Assembly (NCBI RefSeq): GCF_018977255.1
Contig: NW_024704742.1
Coordinates: 73,720,001-73,784,000 of the forward strand
Direction of reading: 5' to 3'
Source: Callorhinchus milii
Taxonomy: Eukaryota
DNA length: 64,000 bases
Part shown: one piece after another, positions 23,031 through 37,399 of the stretch
Layout: each line of letters begins with the position of its first letter
How positions within the stretch are numbered: position 1 is the first letter of the stretch
Made by a program: the position numbers and the translations under genes
Notes under the pieces: generated by a model
Told to the model about the DNA's origin: nothing
The model's input: the letters and a program-made list of their open reading frames with translations, nothing else
Database searches by the model: none

Positions 23031-25859
23031 GAAATGTAAGCTATTGTTGTACTCGTAGTAGTAGCTGAAGACGCAGCCACCAACTTTTGCACAGAAGAAC
23101 ATTTCATGCACAGCAAGAGCAGGATAGGAAATCACAGTGATGGGAATATGCTAGGGAATAAAGGGATTTATAGGTGAGATTGAGGACCTTTAAATCAATC
23201 CGTTAGGAAACAGGAATCTGGCAAGGACTGAGATGATGGGCACGCGGACTTTGGTGTCGTGGAGTTTGATCGTCTGGAGCACATGGATGGTGGAACTAGG
23301 GAGATTGGTGAAGAAAGCATTTGAAAAATCTATTTGGGGGCTAACAACAACTTGCATGAGAGAGAAAGAGAGAGAGAGAGAGAGATGAAGAGAGAAGAGA
23401 GATATTTGCTCATGTGATATTTGCATATGCTTTGTAAGTTAATTTGTCCATTTCAGCTAATTAAAGAAGTGCAATTATTTTTGCAGCGGAGGTACTATGG
23501 CTAATGGAGCACAGAACATGTGATGGGTGACACGGGAGTTTGTACTTAACGTTTTCATGAAGAAAACAACACAAGATGTGGTACAGAGTAGCTCTTTGGA
23601 GTTTGAAAGTGTTAGATAGCAAATTTATCAATCTCAATTTTTAATATGAGGGGTGTGGGCTATTATCAACTCAGAGGTAATTTTTCAATCACCACCGCAA
23701 ATGTTTGAGCATTTTAGAGGCTACTCAGAGGGTTTCTGATCATAAGGGCTTTTTGGCTTGGTAAGGCTTGCATTTTGTGCAGCGTGTAGGTAGCAGTAGC
23801 TCTCCATCAAGGATAGCTTGTGAAGCCTATGGGATACGTTACAGCTGGAAGGGAAAACTGAGCCAGTAGCAATTTCTTTGTGCAGATGTAAGAGTTTTGT
23901 TAATACACGAATGAGAAAAACGGATTATGTACCAGTGATCCTGGGAATCTGAAAGAGCTTTCATATAATGCAAACATATGACAGTTTTATGCTTTTTATG
24001 CCTAAATATTACTAAACCACAGAACTTCTGGCAATTTTATCCCATATATTGTAATTCTTACATTTCCCTTCAACATAGAAACATAGTCCTGCTGTCTTTC
24101 AGTTCAAGAAATTGCAGTGAAGTCCCCTACCTACAAACTTTCAGTATTGTGTATGTAGATGATGAAACCTTGATGAATATCCGTGATAGTTGATAACTAA
24201 TCTACATTAACACTAAATTATCCAGTGGTAGAAATTAGGGAGGGATCTGGAGGAGGGGAAGGACTACAACAAGCTTCCTTGTATTTATCTTGTGTAAATC
24301 AAGTAGCATTATAACAGGGACCAAGTATAGCTGATAAATAAGTTGAATTCTTTAAAGCCAAAGACAAGTAAGGAAAATAAACAATTAGGAAAGACTATGG
24401 CTATCCATATGGCCAATCCCAAAGTGAAATAAATGCAATGCAATAGTTAATAATCTTACACTAAATAAACTTTAGAACATCTGGTCTGCGAAACAAAACA
24501 AAAATTGTATTTGCCAAACATTACAAAAGCAATCTACACCATGGAATTGAGAGCATGCCAAAAAGAAAAGTCGAACAAACTCACAAACAAATTCTTAGAT
24601 TCCCCATCTATCCTTCGGATGAGATTTTAAACCAAGTCTGCCTGTTCAGGTGGACATTAAAGATCCCAAGGCACTATTCAAAAGGAGAAGAGTTTCTCCT
24701 GGTGTCCTGGCCAACAGTCTCCCAGATAAAATTGTTCATTCACTACATGGTTGTTTGTTGGATCCTGATTTGTACAAATTAGCTGCCGTGTTTGCTTACA
24801 AAATGGTCACTATACTTTACAGTAAATCATCTGAAATGCGTCAAAACATTTGACGATGTGATAAGCACTATAGTAAACGCAAGGATTACTATTATTACAA
24901 AACAACAACTTGCATTTATAATATCCTTCACACAGGTAGAGTTTTGGAGCGCTTAACCTGATATATTAATCTCATTACTTGATAAGTATTTTGTATTACT
25001 GGGCTCTGACCAGTTTGTTTTTACAGTAAATTGCAACATCATATTTATGTAAAAACAAACAGTAGAAGTAGAATAGACAACCCAGAGAAGCAGTTGTCAA
25101 AATCAAGAGTGAATTAGAATTGCTTACAAAACAATTCTAGTGAGAGTTAAAATAGTTAGTTCATCTAGGTATTTTATATTTAATATCGGGACCAACCAGA
25201 CGGTTGACCTACAAAGACCAACCAGATGGTTGACATGAAAGACCTACAAAGGTCTTTCAGTGCTTTACATTCATATGTTCCTTCGATGTATTGAGGTTCA
25301 AACATAATAAGAAGATGATACTCCTTCCATAGTGCCTTATCACAATGTCAAGACACCACAAAACTCTCCACTGAATATACTGTAAAGTGATTTGACTTTG
25401 TGTTCTGTGGGTGAAAACATTCAAACATTCAACAATGGACAAGGCACTATAATAAATGCAAGGATTATTATTGTTATTTAAAGCAACCCTGTTTTATATT
25501 GCGCACTTCACGCAGGTAGCTTCTCGGAGCGCTGAAACCGGTTTGGTCCTGAACTTAATCACTGCAACGAATATGTCAAAAATTTCTACTCCCAATCAAT
25601 TTGATAAACATTGGAAGCATAAGGAAGTATTCAAAGATTTATTTGGAATGTTCAAGTTTCCTGTTGATTGAGCTGAAAAGCTTCAGATAGATAAACCTGA
25701 CATTCAATAAAAACAGAATGGGATTGTAGGAGGTCCAACGTGATCCAAAAGCAGAACTTGAGATTTTGAATGGAATACAATTTGGTTGATCGCATCTAGA
25801 ACTTTGAGACTGTGACAAATTGAAAATAATATTAGATGCACAATTGGGATATTTAGAAC

Positions 25860-26700
25860 AACATCAACAACAAAATTACATCTGTAAAGCACCTTTCACG
25901 TCAGAAGGACGTCCCAAGGCACTGAAAAGTTGGGGATCAGGACCTGAGAGTGGGGAGGCAGGGTTGGGATGAGGGAGGGCAGAAGGGGTAGAAGGGCGGC
26001 TGAAGGCACAGTCAAAAAGGAGTCTTGAATCGCGCCTTGAAGGAGGCAAGAGAGGGAGCATGGTGAAGGGATTGTGGGATGAAGTTCCAAAGGGTGGGGG
26101 CAGAGAGGCTGAAAGCCCAGCCACCGATAGTAGGGTGGGTCGGATGGGAGACATGGAACAGCCTGCTGAGCAGAGGAAGTGAACAGGTTGATAGGGAGTC
26201 AGCAGGTCAGAGAGGTAGGAGGGGGCAAGGCCGTAGAGAGCCTTGAAAGTGACGACGAGAATTTTGAATTCTATAATAATAATAATAATCCTTGCATTTG
26301 ATATAGCGCTTTTCACGTCGGGAGGACGTCCCAAAGCGCTTCACAGAACACACTGTAAAGTGAATTGACTGTATATTTGTGGGCGAACACAGCAGCCAAT
26401 TGCGCACAGCAATGTCCCACAAACAGTCGTAGATTGAAAATGACAATTTTATTATTGTTTGTGGTTTTGGAGGGATTATTATTGTGGAATCACACCCCAG
26501 CTAGAGGAGTAGAAAGGCATATTATGAATCATTGTGAAACGTTAACAACAAGTCGAAATGTGTATTTAGATTTAACACAATTGATTTAACACAAAGTCAG
26601 CTGAATCCTCTGAAGGATGGGAAGCCAGTGGAGCCGGGAGAGGGTGGGAGTGATGGGGTCACGGAGCCTTGTGCGCGAGAGTACATGAGCTGCAGAGCTG
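25860..26700 (-). mobile_element. L2 3' end interrupted by a young SINE (26272-26482)
   Basis: L2 homology stops at 26271 (IEFKIL) and resumes at about 26600-26700. Confidence 0.85.
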
Positions 26701-26799
26701 AAGAAGATAAATATTGAAGTGTAATTTACAAGAATACAGACCCCCAAAAATCCATCTTGGAACATTTGCTTGAAGTGTACTACTGGTGTGGATTCACAG

Positions 26800-27192
26800 A
26801 ATAATAATCCTTACATTAGGCATAGTGTCTTTCACATCTCAAAGCACTTCCCAAGGTATATTGTAAAGTGCAGTGATTGTATATTTTGTAGGTGAAATGC
26901 AGCAGCCAGGAATCCGCAGCCAATTTGTACACAGTAATGTTCCACAAACAGCCATTAAGTGAAGACTTTTTTTTAAATTTAATGGGAAATGTTCACCGGG
27001 ACACCAGGAAAAATTCCTTTCTCTTTTTGAATTTGTCATGGGATCTTTAACTTTAACTTCCACTTGAATAGGCCGACAGGACCATGGTTTAATGTCTCAA
27101 CAGCTCCATCAATGTAGCACAACCCCAGCACTGCACTGGAATGTCAGCCTAGACTATATGAGTTCAAAGTCCCAACTTGGTGCTTGAACTAC

Positions 27193-27223
<31 letters not shown>

Positions 27224-27240
27224 AATTGAGCCAGACTGAC
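26800..27240 (-). mobile_element. Old DeuSINE
   Basis: Reverse complement shows head TGGCTCAATTGGTAGCACTCTTGCCTCTGAGTCAGAAGG, Deu domain and tail. Confidence 0.8.
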
Positions 27241-28109
27241 ACAAGAGTGATTCTGATCTTTGGTAGTGGTAAAGAATTCAATTGATATGGAGACCATTTC
27301 CCACTCATCTGGCTACCAATGGGAGAATACATTACTGGAAAACATTAATTCAAAATAATAGCTTTAGAGAGAATCTGAAACTTGGTTGAACTTGGAAATG
27401 TGTTGTGAAATCCTATGGATGAAGACATCTATGACTTTAAAAATTACTCGAAAACTCAAAGGGGAAAGAAAACAAAGGTCTGGACCTGTGCAGGAATTCA
27501 GAGTGATTCTCCAGTACAGTTGAGTAATGAATTTAATAAACAGGTTTTATAATTTGCCATTCGTAATTTTATTATATTCTGTTTTGTAAATATGTTTAGC
27601 ATGGCGAACAGCCTAAAGGGCAGAAGAGGCTAGGTGAACAGACTGTTCAGATTTCATTATTATGCTCAGAAAGAGATGAATATGTGACTAACCAGAAAGG
27701 CAGCAGGGGGAGATTATGCCAGCAACTCGACAGAAATCTAGATAGCTATTTAGTGATGCAAACGATTGATAAACAACAAGTACAGATTATGTTTAAACTT
27801 TGGGACCCACCAGGCAGACTGCAACAGTCTCTTCCACTCCTGTACATCTTAAATTCTTTCTGTGCCTGTGGTTCCTTGCAGGAGACGGGGGTTATACTCA
27901 AAATATTGATTTCAAGCTCTGGATATATGAATGTGCGGTTATGGGGATAGGGTGAGGCAATGGGATTCAATGGACAGAATACTTTGACAGCTAGCGCAAA
28001 TTAAATGGACCAAATTACCTCCTTCTGCATTGAAACAATCTATGATTTTAAAGTCAGCAGAAATTAGTTTCAGCCACTTCTTATCCTCATAATCACACAT
28101 TCATATATC

Positions 28110-28310
28110 CGCGGCTTGGAATCCAACTTGACTGGTTTGCAGAGAGGTAAGCAGCTGCTCCTCAAACTCCACATCTCCAACTGGTGAAACCATCGCTCAA
28201 TGGGTGTTTCCGAGCTGTGGCGAGGAAGATGGTGCCAATGCTCTCACGCATTTCATGCTGAGCTGTGTTACCGACCAGAAAACTCCCAGGGAGTTCCTGG
28301 TACCTGCCAT
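28110..28310 (+). mobile_element. CCHC LINE fragment (third copy)
   Basis: GLQRGKQLLLKLHISNW...PSCGEEDGANALTHFMLSC. Confidence 0.65.
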
Positions 28311-31300
28311 GAATATAAACCAAACAGATAGTCTTAGCACTAAGACAACGACACTTCATGGTGAATCAAAGCTCTATTGCGAACTAGATTGTTTAATACA
28401 AGCTTCAATGAACTTTAAACCTACATCCTTTATCCTCCGATTCAACAAGGATCCAAAACCCCTGAATCAACTCGTCAATGAATAAATAAGTCAAAGAAAA
28501 AATTTCTCCCATTATACTTGGAAGTAATTAAGAATTAATTAAGGCAGCAAATAAAGCATATCTGAATTAATTCACAACTCATGTGAATCCTTGTCTAGTG
28601 ATTAGTGATACTGGGGATAGAATTACTAATAGTATAATGAAACCACTGACAATCTGTTAAATACTAAATTAAATAATTTACATCACTATTTAAAACAGAG
28701 GTTAAGTGGACTGCAACGGCTGCTAACATGTTGCAAAGCCATCAGTATTCTAACACAGAAAAGCCAACTAAACACCAAGACATTGTGGCCTTTCTGGCAA
28801 TCAGAGGAAAGTGGGCAGGTGCACAATTAAAATTAGCTTCTTTGAAGAAAATAAGCCAAAGTATGTTCATAGTCAATCAAAAGAATAATACTTGAAAGAG
28901 ACATCTCGTTCATTCAAGTAAAATGTCAATTTGGAAGGGAAGGGAACATGATGTCTCTTTGTTGTATCTACATTCCTGGAGGTGCCGACTTGAAAATTAC
29001 TATCTCTGCATTTCTTGCAAAATCTCCAATTATATTTAAAATAACTGCTACTTCTTTTAAAATACTGGATACATACAGCTCAAAACACAGGAACTCTTTA
29101 TTCATTTTCAACTGATACCTTTTTTTCCCTGAGGCAATCAGAATAGACTACATAAACCCAGTTAAAAAGTCCCTCAGTGTAAACCTTGACAGTGTTCATA
29201 ATTGTTTTACCAAGTTAAATTTCAGCCGCAGACACTCTAAGGTCAAGCGCCTTGGCTCTTGCCAACACGAGCCATGCCTCCCTGCATTTAGATAACTGGA
29301 ATGGTTCTCTCCAGGGGGAGAGTTGACAATCCATTGCAGCCAAACAGAAACCACTAACATTGTGGAAATATGTGCTTGGTTTGGGGACTCTTAAGACACC
29401 GGCTGACCAACAATAAAAATCACCAAATCTTTATCACAAAATGACATAAAGAAATTAAAAATTAGTCCAACATTAACACTAATTGAACCACTTTATGACT
29501 TCAAACAGTATAAGGAAAAATTTTAAATATGGCCCGGAGGTACATGTGCAATGCACTGACTCACTCAATCACCATTACAATCACAATACAGGAGCAGCAC
29601 ACTGAAATCTAATGAACATTTGGAGAAAGAGCAGTCAAAGACTCCAATCTTGGTATACTAAATATTTATTTGGCTTTTCCCTATCAGAGAAAGATGGCTC
29701 TACAGAGGATAGGGCGCAAAAATAAATTCAAGCACTTTACAGAGATTAATTGGAAATGAAGTGGATGTTATGTGGGCAAAGCTGGCAGCTAATTTGGCCT
29801 GAAAATTCCTACCATAAACAATTAAATGAGCAGCCAATTTATTTGAATCTAGGGTAAATTTGGATGAGAAACAAACATAACCCAGAATAACTGTGAGAAA
29901 AACATATTTAGGTTGCAGGCTAAAATAATTTGGTCACTGTAAACTTCTTACCAAAGAGCTTCTTACCAAAAGAAGTGATCCATCCAGGATGGGCGGGGGA
30001 GAGGGATCAGGGGGAAGAGAGGTCATACCCGCAAATGACAGTGGGAGTGAAATGTTGGCAATGATCACAGTTCAGGGACAATTCAAATCAAAAACCGAAG
30101 ACTAATTCTTCATCCATACATTTTACTCCTAGAAAGCACATCAATGAAATCGTATTCAGTTACAGCAGTTTGGGGCTTCAAAATAATAATAATCCTTGCA
30201 TTTGATAAAGCGCCTTATCATGTCTTCGAGACATCTCAAAGCGCTTTACAGAATATACTGTAAAGTGTAGTTACTGTGTGTGTTTTGTGGGTGAAACTCA
30301 GTAGCCAATTGCACACAGTAGTGTCCCACAAACATTCGTGAATTGAGCGAAATTATTATTTTTTAAAAAAATTTTTTTAGAAAATATATCAAAGTATTGG
30401 AGACCCATTGGAAAGCACTCAGGATAAAAACAACAAGGTCATCGAGCTTTGCATAAAGGATGCTTAAATGAAGGAGAAGGTATAGGAGGAGTGATGGCTC
30501 GTGTGGAGTAAAAACACTCATACATTCTAGTTGGAACGAAGGGCTATTGCTCTCTTACTATATGTATGTAATGCAGATCCTTAAATACTACAATTAATGG
30601 AATGCAAGTATAAACAAGTTATTAACTTGAACATTGACTGCAGAACTAGACACAAATGTTACGATCGCCATTGAGAGTAAAAAATCAAACACATAAAATT
30701 CCTAATTTTTATGTTAAGACTATTGTCTTAACATGTTAAGATTGTTTGGAATTTTGGAAAACAATCTTGGGTTGAGTGGCTTTATTCTTGATTTGTTGTT
30801 GATTCATTATCAGTGAACAAAATGCCTTCAGAGTCTGAATTTAAATCTTCCAAATGAAAACTAAATTTAGTTAGTCTGGAAGAACATCTGATTGGGAATA
30901 GACTAAAAATGACAGAGATTGTCTCAAAGATCATCAAACGTGACATTTAATCTGCTTGAATCTTAGAACTGATAATTACATATTTTACCCTGTAAAATCT
31001 AGAAAGATTGTGAATCATATATATCTCTTCATGTATCCAGAGCAGGCTGGCTGCAGCATTCACCCACAAAACAGTCACTGCACTTTACAGCATATCCTGT
31101 GAAGCACTTTGGGACATCTTCTTGATATGACGGGCGCTATACCAAATGCAAGGATTATTATTATCCACCAGACTGCTGCTGGATACCCATGATCTGCTTT
31201 ATTGTCTTGAGACAAGTGAAGATGATACAACAGTGAATACAACCCACTACACCCAAGTAATGACTCTCCAGAGCATGGTGGTCCAATTGGCGGTCTGCAA

Positions 31301-31318
31301 CCGGCATCAGGCACGGCA

Positions 31319-31617
31319 GATGATTTCATCCTTCCTGAAACCATTTCTAACTTCGAGCCAGCGCCCACTCCCTCCCTGATAAACCATCCTCTCATGGCAG
31401 TGGCAGGACACAGCACGGGGAGTGGAAATAATGCCGACCGTTGAAGCAGTCTGCCAGGAAACCCCTCCCAAGCTGAGGGGAAAGCAAGCTGGTCTCCTGA
31501 CCAAACATGTCCTCCCAACCACCATCTCCCGCCGCTGCCATGGGAGCATGGTTCATTAGGGAGGGAGGGAGCAGACAGCCCAAAGTTGGAAATGGTGTTG
31601 GGCCAGATGAAATCATC
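31319..31617. mobile_element. ~300-bp fold-back element with ~90-bp arms
   Basis: GATGATTTCATC...CATGGCAG (31319-31400) pairs with CTGCCATG...GATGAAATCATC (31535-31617). Confidence 0.7.
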
Positions 31618-31619
31618 CA

Positions 31620-31740
31620 ACGAGAGAGGGGAGGGGGAAAGAGAGTGAATGAGAAAGAGAAGCAGAAAGAGAGAATGAGAGAGCAGAGAGAATACATGTG
31701 TGCATGTGTGAGAGAGAGCGAGTGAGAGGGGCGAGAGAGC

Positions 31741-31771
<31 letters not shown>

Positions 31772-31885
31772 TGTGTGTGTTCGAGAGAGTACACGAGAGA
31801 GAGGAGGAAAGTGAGAATGATTGAGAGAGAGGGGAAGGTGACTGAGAGAAAGAGAAACAAAAAGAGTAAGAGAGAGAAAGAGGAG
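31620..31885 (+). repeat. (GA)n-rich low-complexity tract
   Basis: Long imperfect GA repeat; explains the Ser/Leu-rich ORFs across 31075-31991. Confidence 0.95.
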
Positions 31886-32049
31886 CAGAGTTTTGTGGTT
31901 CACTGTCAGTACAGACAATTGGAGCCTCCCTTGGCCACTGAGGGAGGGACCGAGGACAGACACCAAGGGATGTGCTGTGCAGTTTACTCACAGAAAACTA
32001 TTTTCCCACTGAGAAACTCCTCTCAGTTGTTCATCCTCCCACCTCACCC

Positions 32050-32462
32050 TACCTCTGCGACTCCCAACCTGGTCGTTCTCTTTGCCCAGTAAAGACCAGC
32101 TTGCTTTATGCCCCCCTCCCCCACCCACTGCACCTGCCCCACCATCGCCAATTTGCCCCCGCTCTCTGGACCTCCATTCACAGAGTCCGCAGATTTGCTC
32201 CCTCTCTTTCAAGGCACATCAAGACCTGACTCTGACCACTCTCGGTCATCTTTTCCCTTCCCCATCCCACCTCCCACCCTCAGCTTGATTGCCCAGCCAG
32301 CAGTGTCGAGTGCTTTGAGACGTCCTTCCGACCTGAAAAAGGTGCTGTGTAAATGTCGGTTATGTTTCTGGAAGAGAAACACAAAATATTGCTTATGCAG
32401 CCAGTGAGCGTTTCTCAAATAGGGACTCCGGCCCCCAGCAGCCAAAAGGTTGGACCAGCCTG
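32050..32462 (+). mobile_element. Old L2 3' end fused to a hAT-like right end
   Basis: L2 tail followed by AAATATTGCTTATGCAGCC...AAAAGGTTGGACCAGCCTG. The same composite occurs at 62580-63225. Confidence 0.6.
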
Positions 32463-33694
32463 CTTAAGAGCATAAAGGGAAAATCTTTCCCTGGTGAACT
32501 GCACATTAAACCACATTTCAAAGAACCACCTTTACAAAGTAGATGTTGAGATGTTGCACTTCAAGCCCTGGTTTCCTGAGAAATATGGCTCTCAACAGGA
32601 GAATTTAAAAATCTTTTATTTAAATGGGTGTTTTTCTATGATAAAGCTAATTCTTCAAGTATTCCTTTTAAACCAGTTCTGTAAACTACAAATGGCAAAT
32701 TGTCAATTATACCAAGATGACTAAAGACTATGTAATGCTCTCCTTTAAAAAGAGGGATATTTTTAGCAACAGTAAGCTGGTATATTTTAAACAAAATGTG
32801 CAACTGCTGATGATCTTTTTCAATCAATCAGCTTGTTACAATTCAAACAAGTGAGAATTTGCTCTCAAATATATAAACTGCTCATGTTCAATCCTGGTCG
32901 GGAGTTGATTTATTACTTTTTTTGAAACAACAAATAAACTAACTGCTGAAAACTCAAGTGATGGTAATAATGTCAGGACATTGAGAAGCACTGTTAGATC
33001 ACAGCCTATTAATAGAGTCAGGAGCATAGATACAGCATAATTTCAAGACATTGTATGGCATACCAAAAATGTAATCCTTTGGAAATAAATGAATTGCTTT
33101 GAAACATACGAATCTCAGATAATTTCTGTTCATACTATGTTTTCTATGCTTATCATAACTCAGACATAGGGGGTAATGCTTTACATGACGGTACTTTTAC
33201 TATACAACAATAATAAATTACATTTGTATAGTGCTTTTCATGGCGGGAGGACTTCCAGAGGCACTAGTGGGTCAGGGATTTAGACCCAAGCAGGGGGTTG
33301 GGATCAGGGGGGTGGAAGGAGGGAAGGGTAGGGATAGGAGGGTGGCCGAATGCGCTATAGAAGAGGAGGGTCTTGAGATGTGCTTTGACAACATGCATAA
33401 ATTATGAGATTTTTAAAAATACAGTATGTTAGCACGGCATCACTCCTTCGGAATATGTTCCACACCTGAAGGTCCCATACTTAAATCGGATAAGGGCAGC
33501 TGTGGGTCGAACCTGATACCAAGGTTGCGCACTGGTTCAGTAAGTCTGAGGGATAGGCCTGGGAGGTTGAGGAGGTCAGAGCTGCAGGACAGAAGAAGTT
33601 AACGGAACCAATGAGTATGCCACAGGTGACCGGGCAGGGGCAGGAGGAGAAACCATTTGAGGAGGTAAAGCGAAGGCGGTTTGTTAGGCAGGAC

Positions 33695-34215
33695 TCAAAA
33701 CAGGAGTAGGCCATTTAGCCCCTGGAGCCTGTTATGCCAATCTTTAAGATCTGTACCTCAACTCCAATTACCCCCCCTTACTCCATATCCTGTCCTAACA
33801 AATATCTATCCACCTCAGTCTTGAAAATTTGAGTGGATCCACAGCCTTTTGGGGGAAAGAGTTCCAGATTTCCATTACCCTTTGGGTGAAAAACTACCTC
33901 CTGATTTCCCTCCTAAATGGCCCAGCTCTCATTTTAATATGATGCCCCTTGTTCTCGATTCCCCCACTAGAGGAAATAATTTCTCTGTATCTATCCTATT
34001 AAATCCCTTTATTATTTTAAAACCCTCAATTAGATCACCCCTCAACCATCTAAACTCTGGAATACAGAGGAGGTTGATACAACCTGTCCTCATAATTTAA
34101 CCCTTTAAGCCCTGTATCATTCTGGTGAATTTGGGCTGCACCCCCTCCAGAGCCAATATAACCTTCCTGAGGTGTGGTGCCCAAAACTGAATGCAGCAGT
34201 CCAGCTGGGGTCTAA
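33695..34215 (-). mobile_element. CR1 3' end inserted next to L2 remnants (33205-33690)
   Basis: Reverse complement encodes LRGDLIEGFKIIKGF and ends in a CTAAATGGCCTACTCCTG tail. Confidence 0.85.
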
Positions 34216-36559
34216 CCAAGTGATACTGAACTCAGTTGCAATGAGGAATCCCTGAATTCGCTCACTTGGTAGGACTTTGGTCTCCAGTTCAAAAGTTTGA
34301 GTTCAAGCACCACATCAGGACTTGAAAGTGGTTTAGGCTGAAACTCCCCTGCACCATGTGAAAAGAAAGTGATTTCTCCTGCAATTCTCCAGAATGAATA
34401 ATTCACTTTTTTTAATGGATCCTTGCAAGTGTAAGTGCTGTTACACTTTGCCTGCAGACAGTCACTACACTCAGTAATAATTACTTATAAAGGTGCTATA
34501 AATAGGCAAGTCATTTTCTATTGTAATAATAATCGTTGCATTTGACATAGCGCTTTATGTCATTGAGACGTCTCAAAGCGTTTCACTGAATATATTGTAA
34601 AGCGGAGTGACTGTGTATTTTGTGAGAAAAATGAGGCAGCCAATTGCACACAATAGTGTCCCACAGGGAGTCGTGGATTGAGTCCCGCCCGGTCCTTTCG
34701 CTTGCGAGGTGACGGCTCTAACCAATACACTACAGGACTCAACAACAACAACAAAATTGCATTTGTACAGCGCCTTTCACGTCAGGAGGACGTCCCAAGG
34801 TGCTGGAGACTCCACTTATATGCATGCATTTTACCAGTTGTGTGCTCAGAGAATTTTCTTTTATATATAATTTACAGTATTTCTATGATTTTGTTGGTTT
34901 CATCCACATTGGTTGCTGCCTCTTTCTCGGTCCTCTTCAGGTGCATAGTTTAGAATTTGAGAGGCTCCTTTCAGTATAAATTATAAATCAGAAGTAACAT
35001 GTATGACTAACAAAAACAGTTTAAATCAGTTTCTAAAACTTATAATTTATGCACATACTGGATTTGAAAATTAAATCTTTCAATGTTTTTAAACATTTAT
35101 ATTTTTCCAAAAAGGACCAAATAATGTAGGAGCTTATGTGAACCTGTGTATGTATCCATTTAATATTTGGGTCCCCACATCCATTTGGTGCGTAAGTTAA
35201 TATTTCATTTAATTTTAACAATGTTTATCCTGGTCTGGCGTAGGCAATAAAAAGGCCAATACAAATGGGGAAAAGATAACAAGATCTAGCTCAATAGTCA
35301 GGATCTCAGCCATGTGGTGCAACAATTGCCACCATTGATAGCACTTTCGCCTCAAAGAGTCAGAAAGTTGTGGGTTCAAGTCCCTTGTCAGGAGACTGAG
35401 CTCATAAACCAGGCTAATACTCCAGTGCAGCCCTGGGGGTGCATTACACAGTTGAAGGTGCGGTCTGCCCTTCAGATGTGATGTTAAACCAAGGTCTCAA
35501 GCTGTTTCCCATGGCACTATTCAAAAAGAGAAGAGGATTTTTCCCACTTTAATGCCCAACAACCCCCCAGATAAAATTGGTCTTTAATTGGCTATGTTAG
35601 TCTATGAACATTCAGACACCGAGACGATTTGCCGTGATTAGGCACTATATCAAATAAAATTATTATTATAAGTCAGAATTTCAGCCATACAGTGCAACAG
35701 AAGTAAAAGCAGAACATTTGAATGTATTCAGAGATTCATGTTTCCTGGGCACTGAACAAACTTCTGAAACTTTACTACAGAGGCCCTTTGATAACTTGAT
35801 ACAATCCACAAACATATATGGTGAACGTAGGCAAACATGTTTGTAAACTACTTTAAACAGTTTTTACAGTTGATTTTTTATATTAAAACAGTGTTTGAGA
35901 GTTAAATTAATTCAACAGCATGATAAAAACCTACTTTGCATTTTTAAACATACATTAAAAAAAATTCAAATGTGAAACTAACACCTCGCCCTTTGAAACT
36001 GCAGTCATCACCACCTCCTCAAAACCCCCACATTCAACTTTTCAAAACTCTCCAGCTATAGGCTCATCTCCAACCTGCCTTCCCTAACCACAGTCTAAGA
36101 ATGCATCATCATTGCTTCACTCACCTCTTACTTTACTCCTTGCTCAAGCCACTCCAATCTATTTCCATCCTCCCTACAGCATCTTCACAGCCCTCATCAA
36201 AGAAACAAGTTCACATTCTTTCCATCTGCACCGTTCCCATTGCAGTCATCAAGCTGCTACACGATTGTCCCTCCTCAACCTTGCCCGCTGAAATCCTGAA
36301 CCATCTCTAAACCCACCCACTCCCCTGGTATAATACCCACCACTGCTCCCTTAAATCCCAAACCTGGATGCTCAAGCGCAAATAATCACTAAAACAGGCC
36401 TCGCAGTTCACAGCTGTGGCTCGAGCACTTTCAAACCTACTGCTTCTCCCTCTCACAGGCCAAAACTGCTTTCTATTCCCAGGCCATTCTGGAGGCCAAA
36501 AATAATCCAAAAGTGCTGTTCTCACTTATCACCTCCTCCGCGCTCCTCTCAAGCACCCT

Positions 36560-37330
36560 CAGTTCAACAACAACAAAATTACATTTGTATAGCGTCTTTC
36601 AGGTTGGGAGGACAGACTGAGCTTTGGACCCGAGCTGGGGATCAGGGTCGGGAAGGGTGAAGGGCAGAGGGGGGAAACAGGGTGATCAAAAGCACGGTCG
36701 AAGACGAGGGTCTTGAGATGGGTCTTGAAGGAGGCAAGGGAGGGGCGAGGTGGAGGGTTGCAGGATGGAGTTTCAGAGGGTGGGGGAAGAGTGTCAGAAG
36801 GCCTGGCCACCAACAGTGGGGCGATCGACGCGGGAGACGTGATAAAGGCGGGAGGCCGCTGAGCGGAGGGAGCGAGCAGGATGGTAGAGGGGTAGGAGGT
36901 CGCAGAGGTAGGGGGGAGCAAGACCATCGAAGGATTTCAAGGTGAGGACCAGGATCTTGAACTGTATCCTCTTGTGTGATGGGAAGCCAGTGGAGTCGGG
37001 CGAGGATGGGGTTGATAGGGTCACGGAGTCTGGTCCAGGAAAGGACGCGGGCTTCAGAGTTCTGGATGATCTGCAGCCTATGGAGGGAGTAGTTGGGGAA
37101 GCTGACAAGCAATGAGTTTGCATAGTCAAGCCTCAACTTAATGAAAGCGTGTATGAGAGTTTCAGCAGCCTGCAGTGTGAGACAGTGGCAGAGCTGTTGC
37201 GGAGGTGGGGGAAGGCAGAGCGGGCCACGGCGCAGATGTGGGGTAGAAAGAATATTTTGAGGGTCAAACAAGATGCCAAGGTTCCAGACTGGCTCAGTGC
37301 AACCATGGATGGTGGTGCTGTCAGCGCCTG
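36560..37330 (-). mobile_element. L2 3' half
   Basis: AAETLIHAFIKLRLDYANSLL...LHWLPI. Confidence 0.92.
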
Positions 37331-37399
37331 AGTTGAGAAACAGAATCGATCCTGCTCCACCTCCTCTCCTTCCTCATCGGGACTGCTCTCTTCTGATTA

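Noticed and set aside
23725..23844. Minus-strand acceptor ttttcccttccag followed by MESYCYLHAAQ...
   Set aside because: No credible donor; could be chance.
25191..25255. Short tandem duplications (ACCAACCAGA(C/T)GGTTGAC x2; also about 29944-29970 and 56690-56748)
   Set aside because: Only two units with no spacers; slippage duplications, not CRISPR-like arrays.
29252..29265. TTGGCTCTTGCCAA as an NFI site in non-repeat intronic sequence
   Set aside because: The spacer is 4 nt rather than the 5 nt of the NFI consensus, and there is no independent support for an enhancer.
31075..32092. ORFs of up to 261 aa
   Set aside because: They run through the (GA)n tract and a fold-back repeat.
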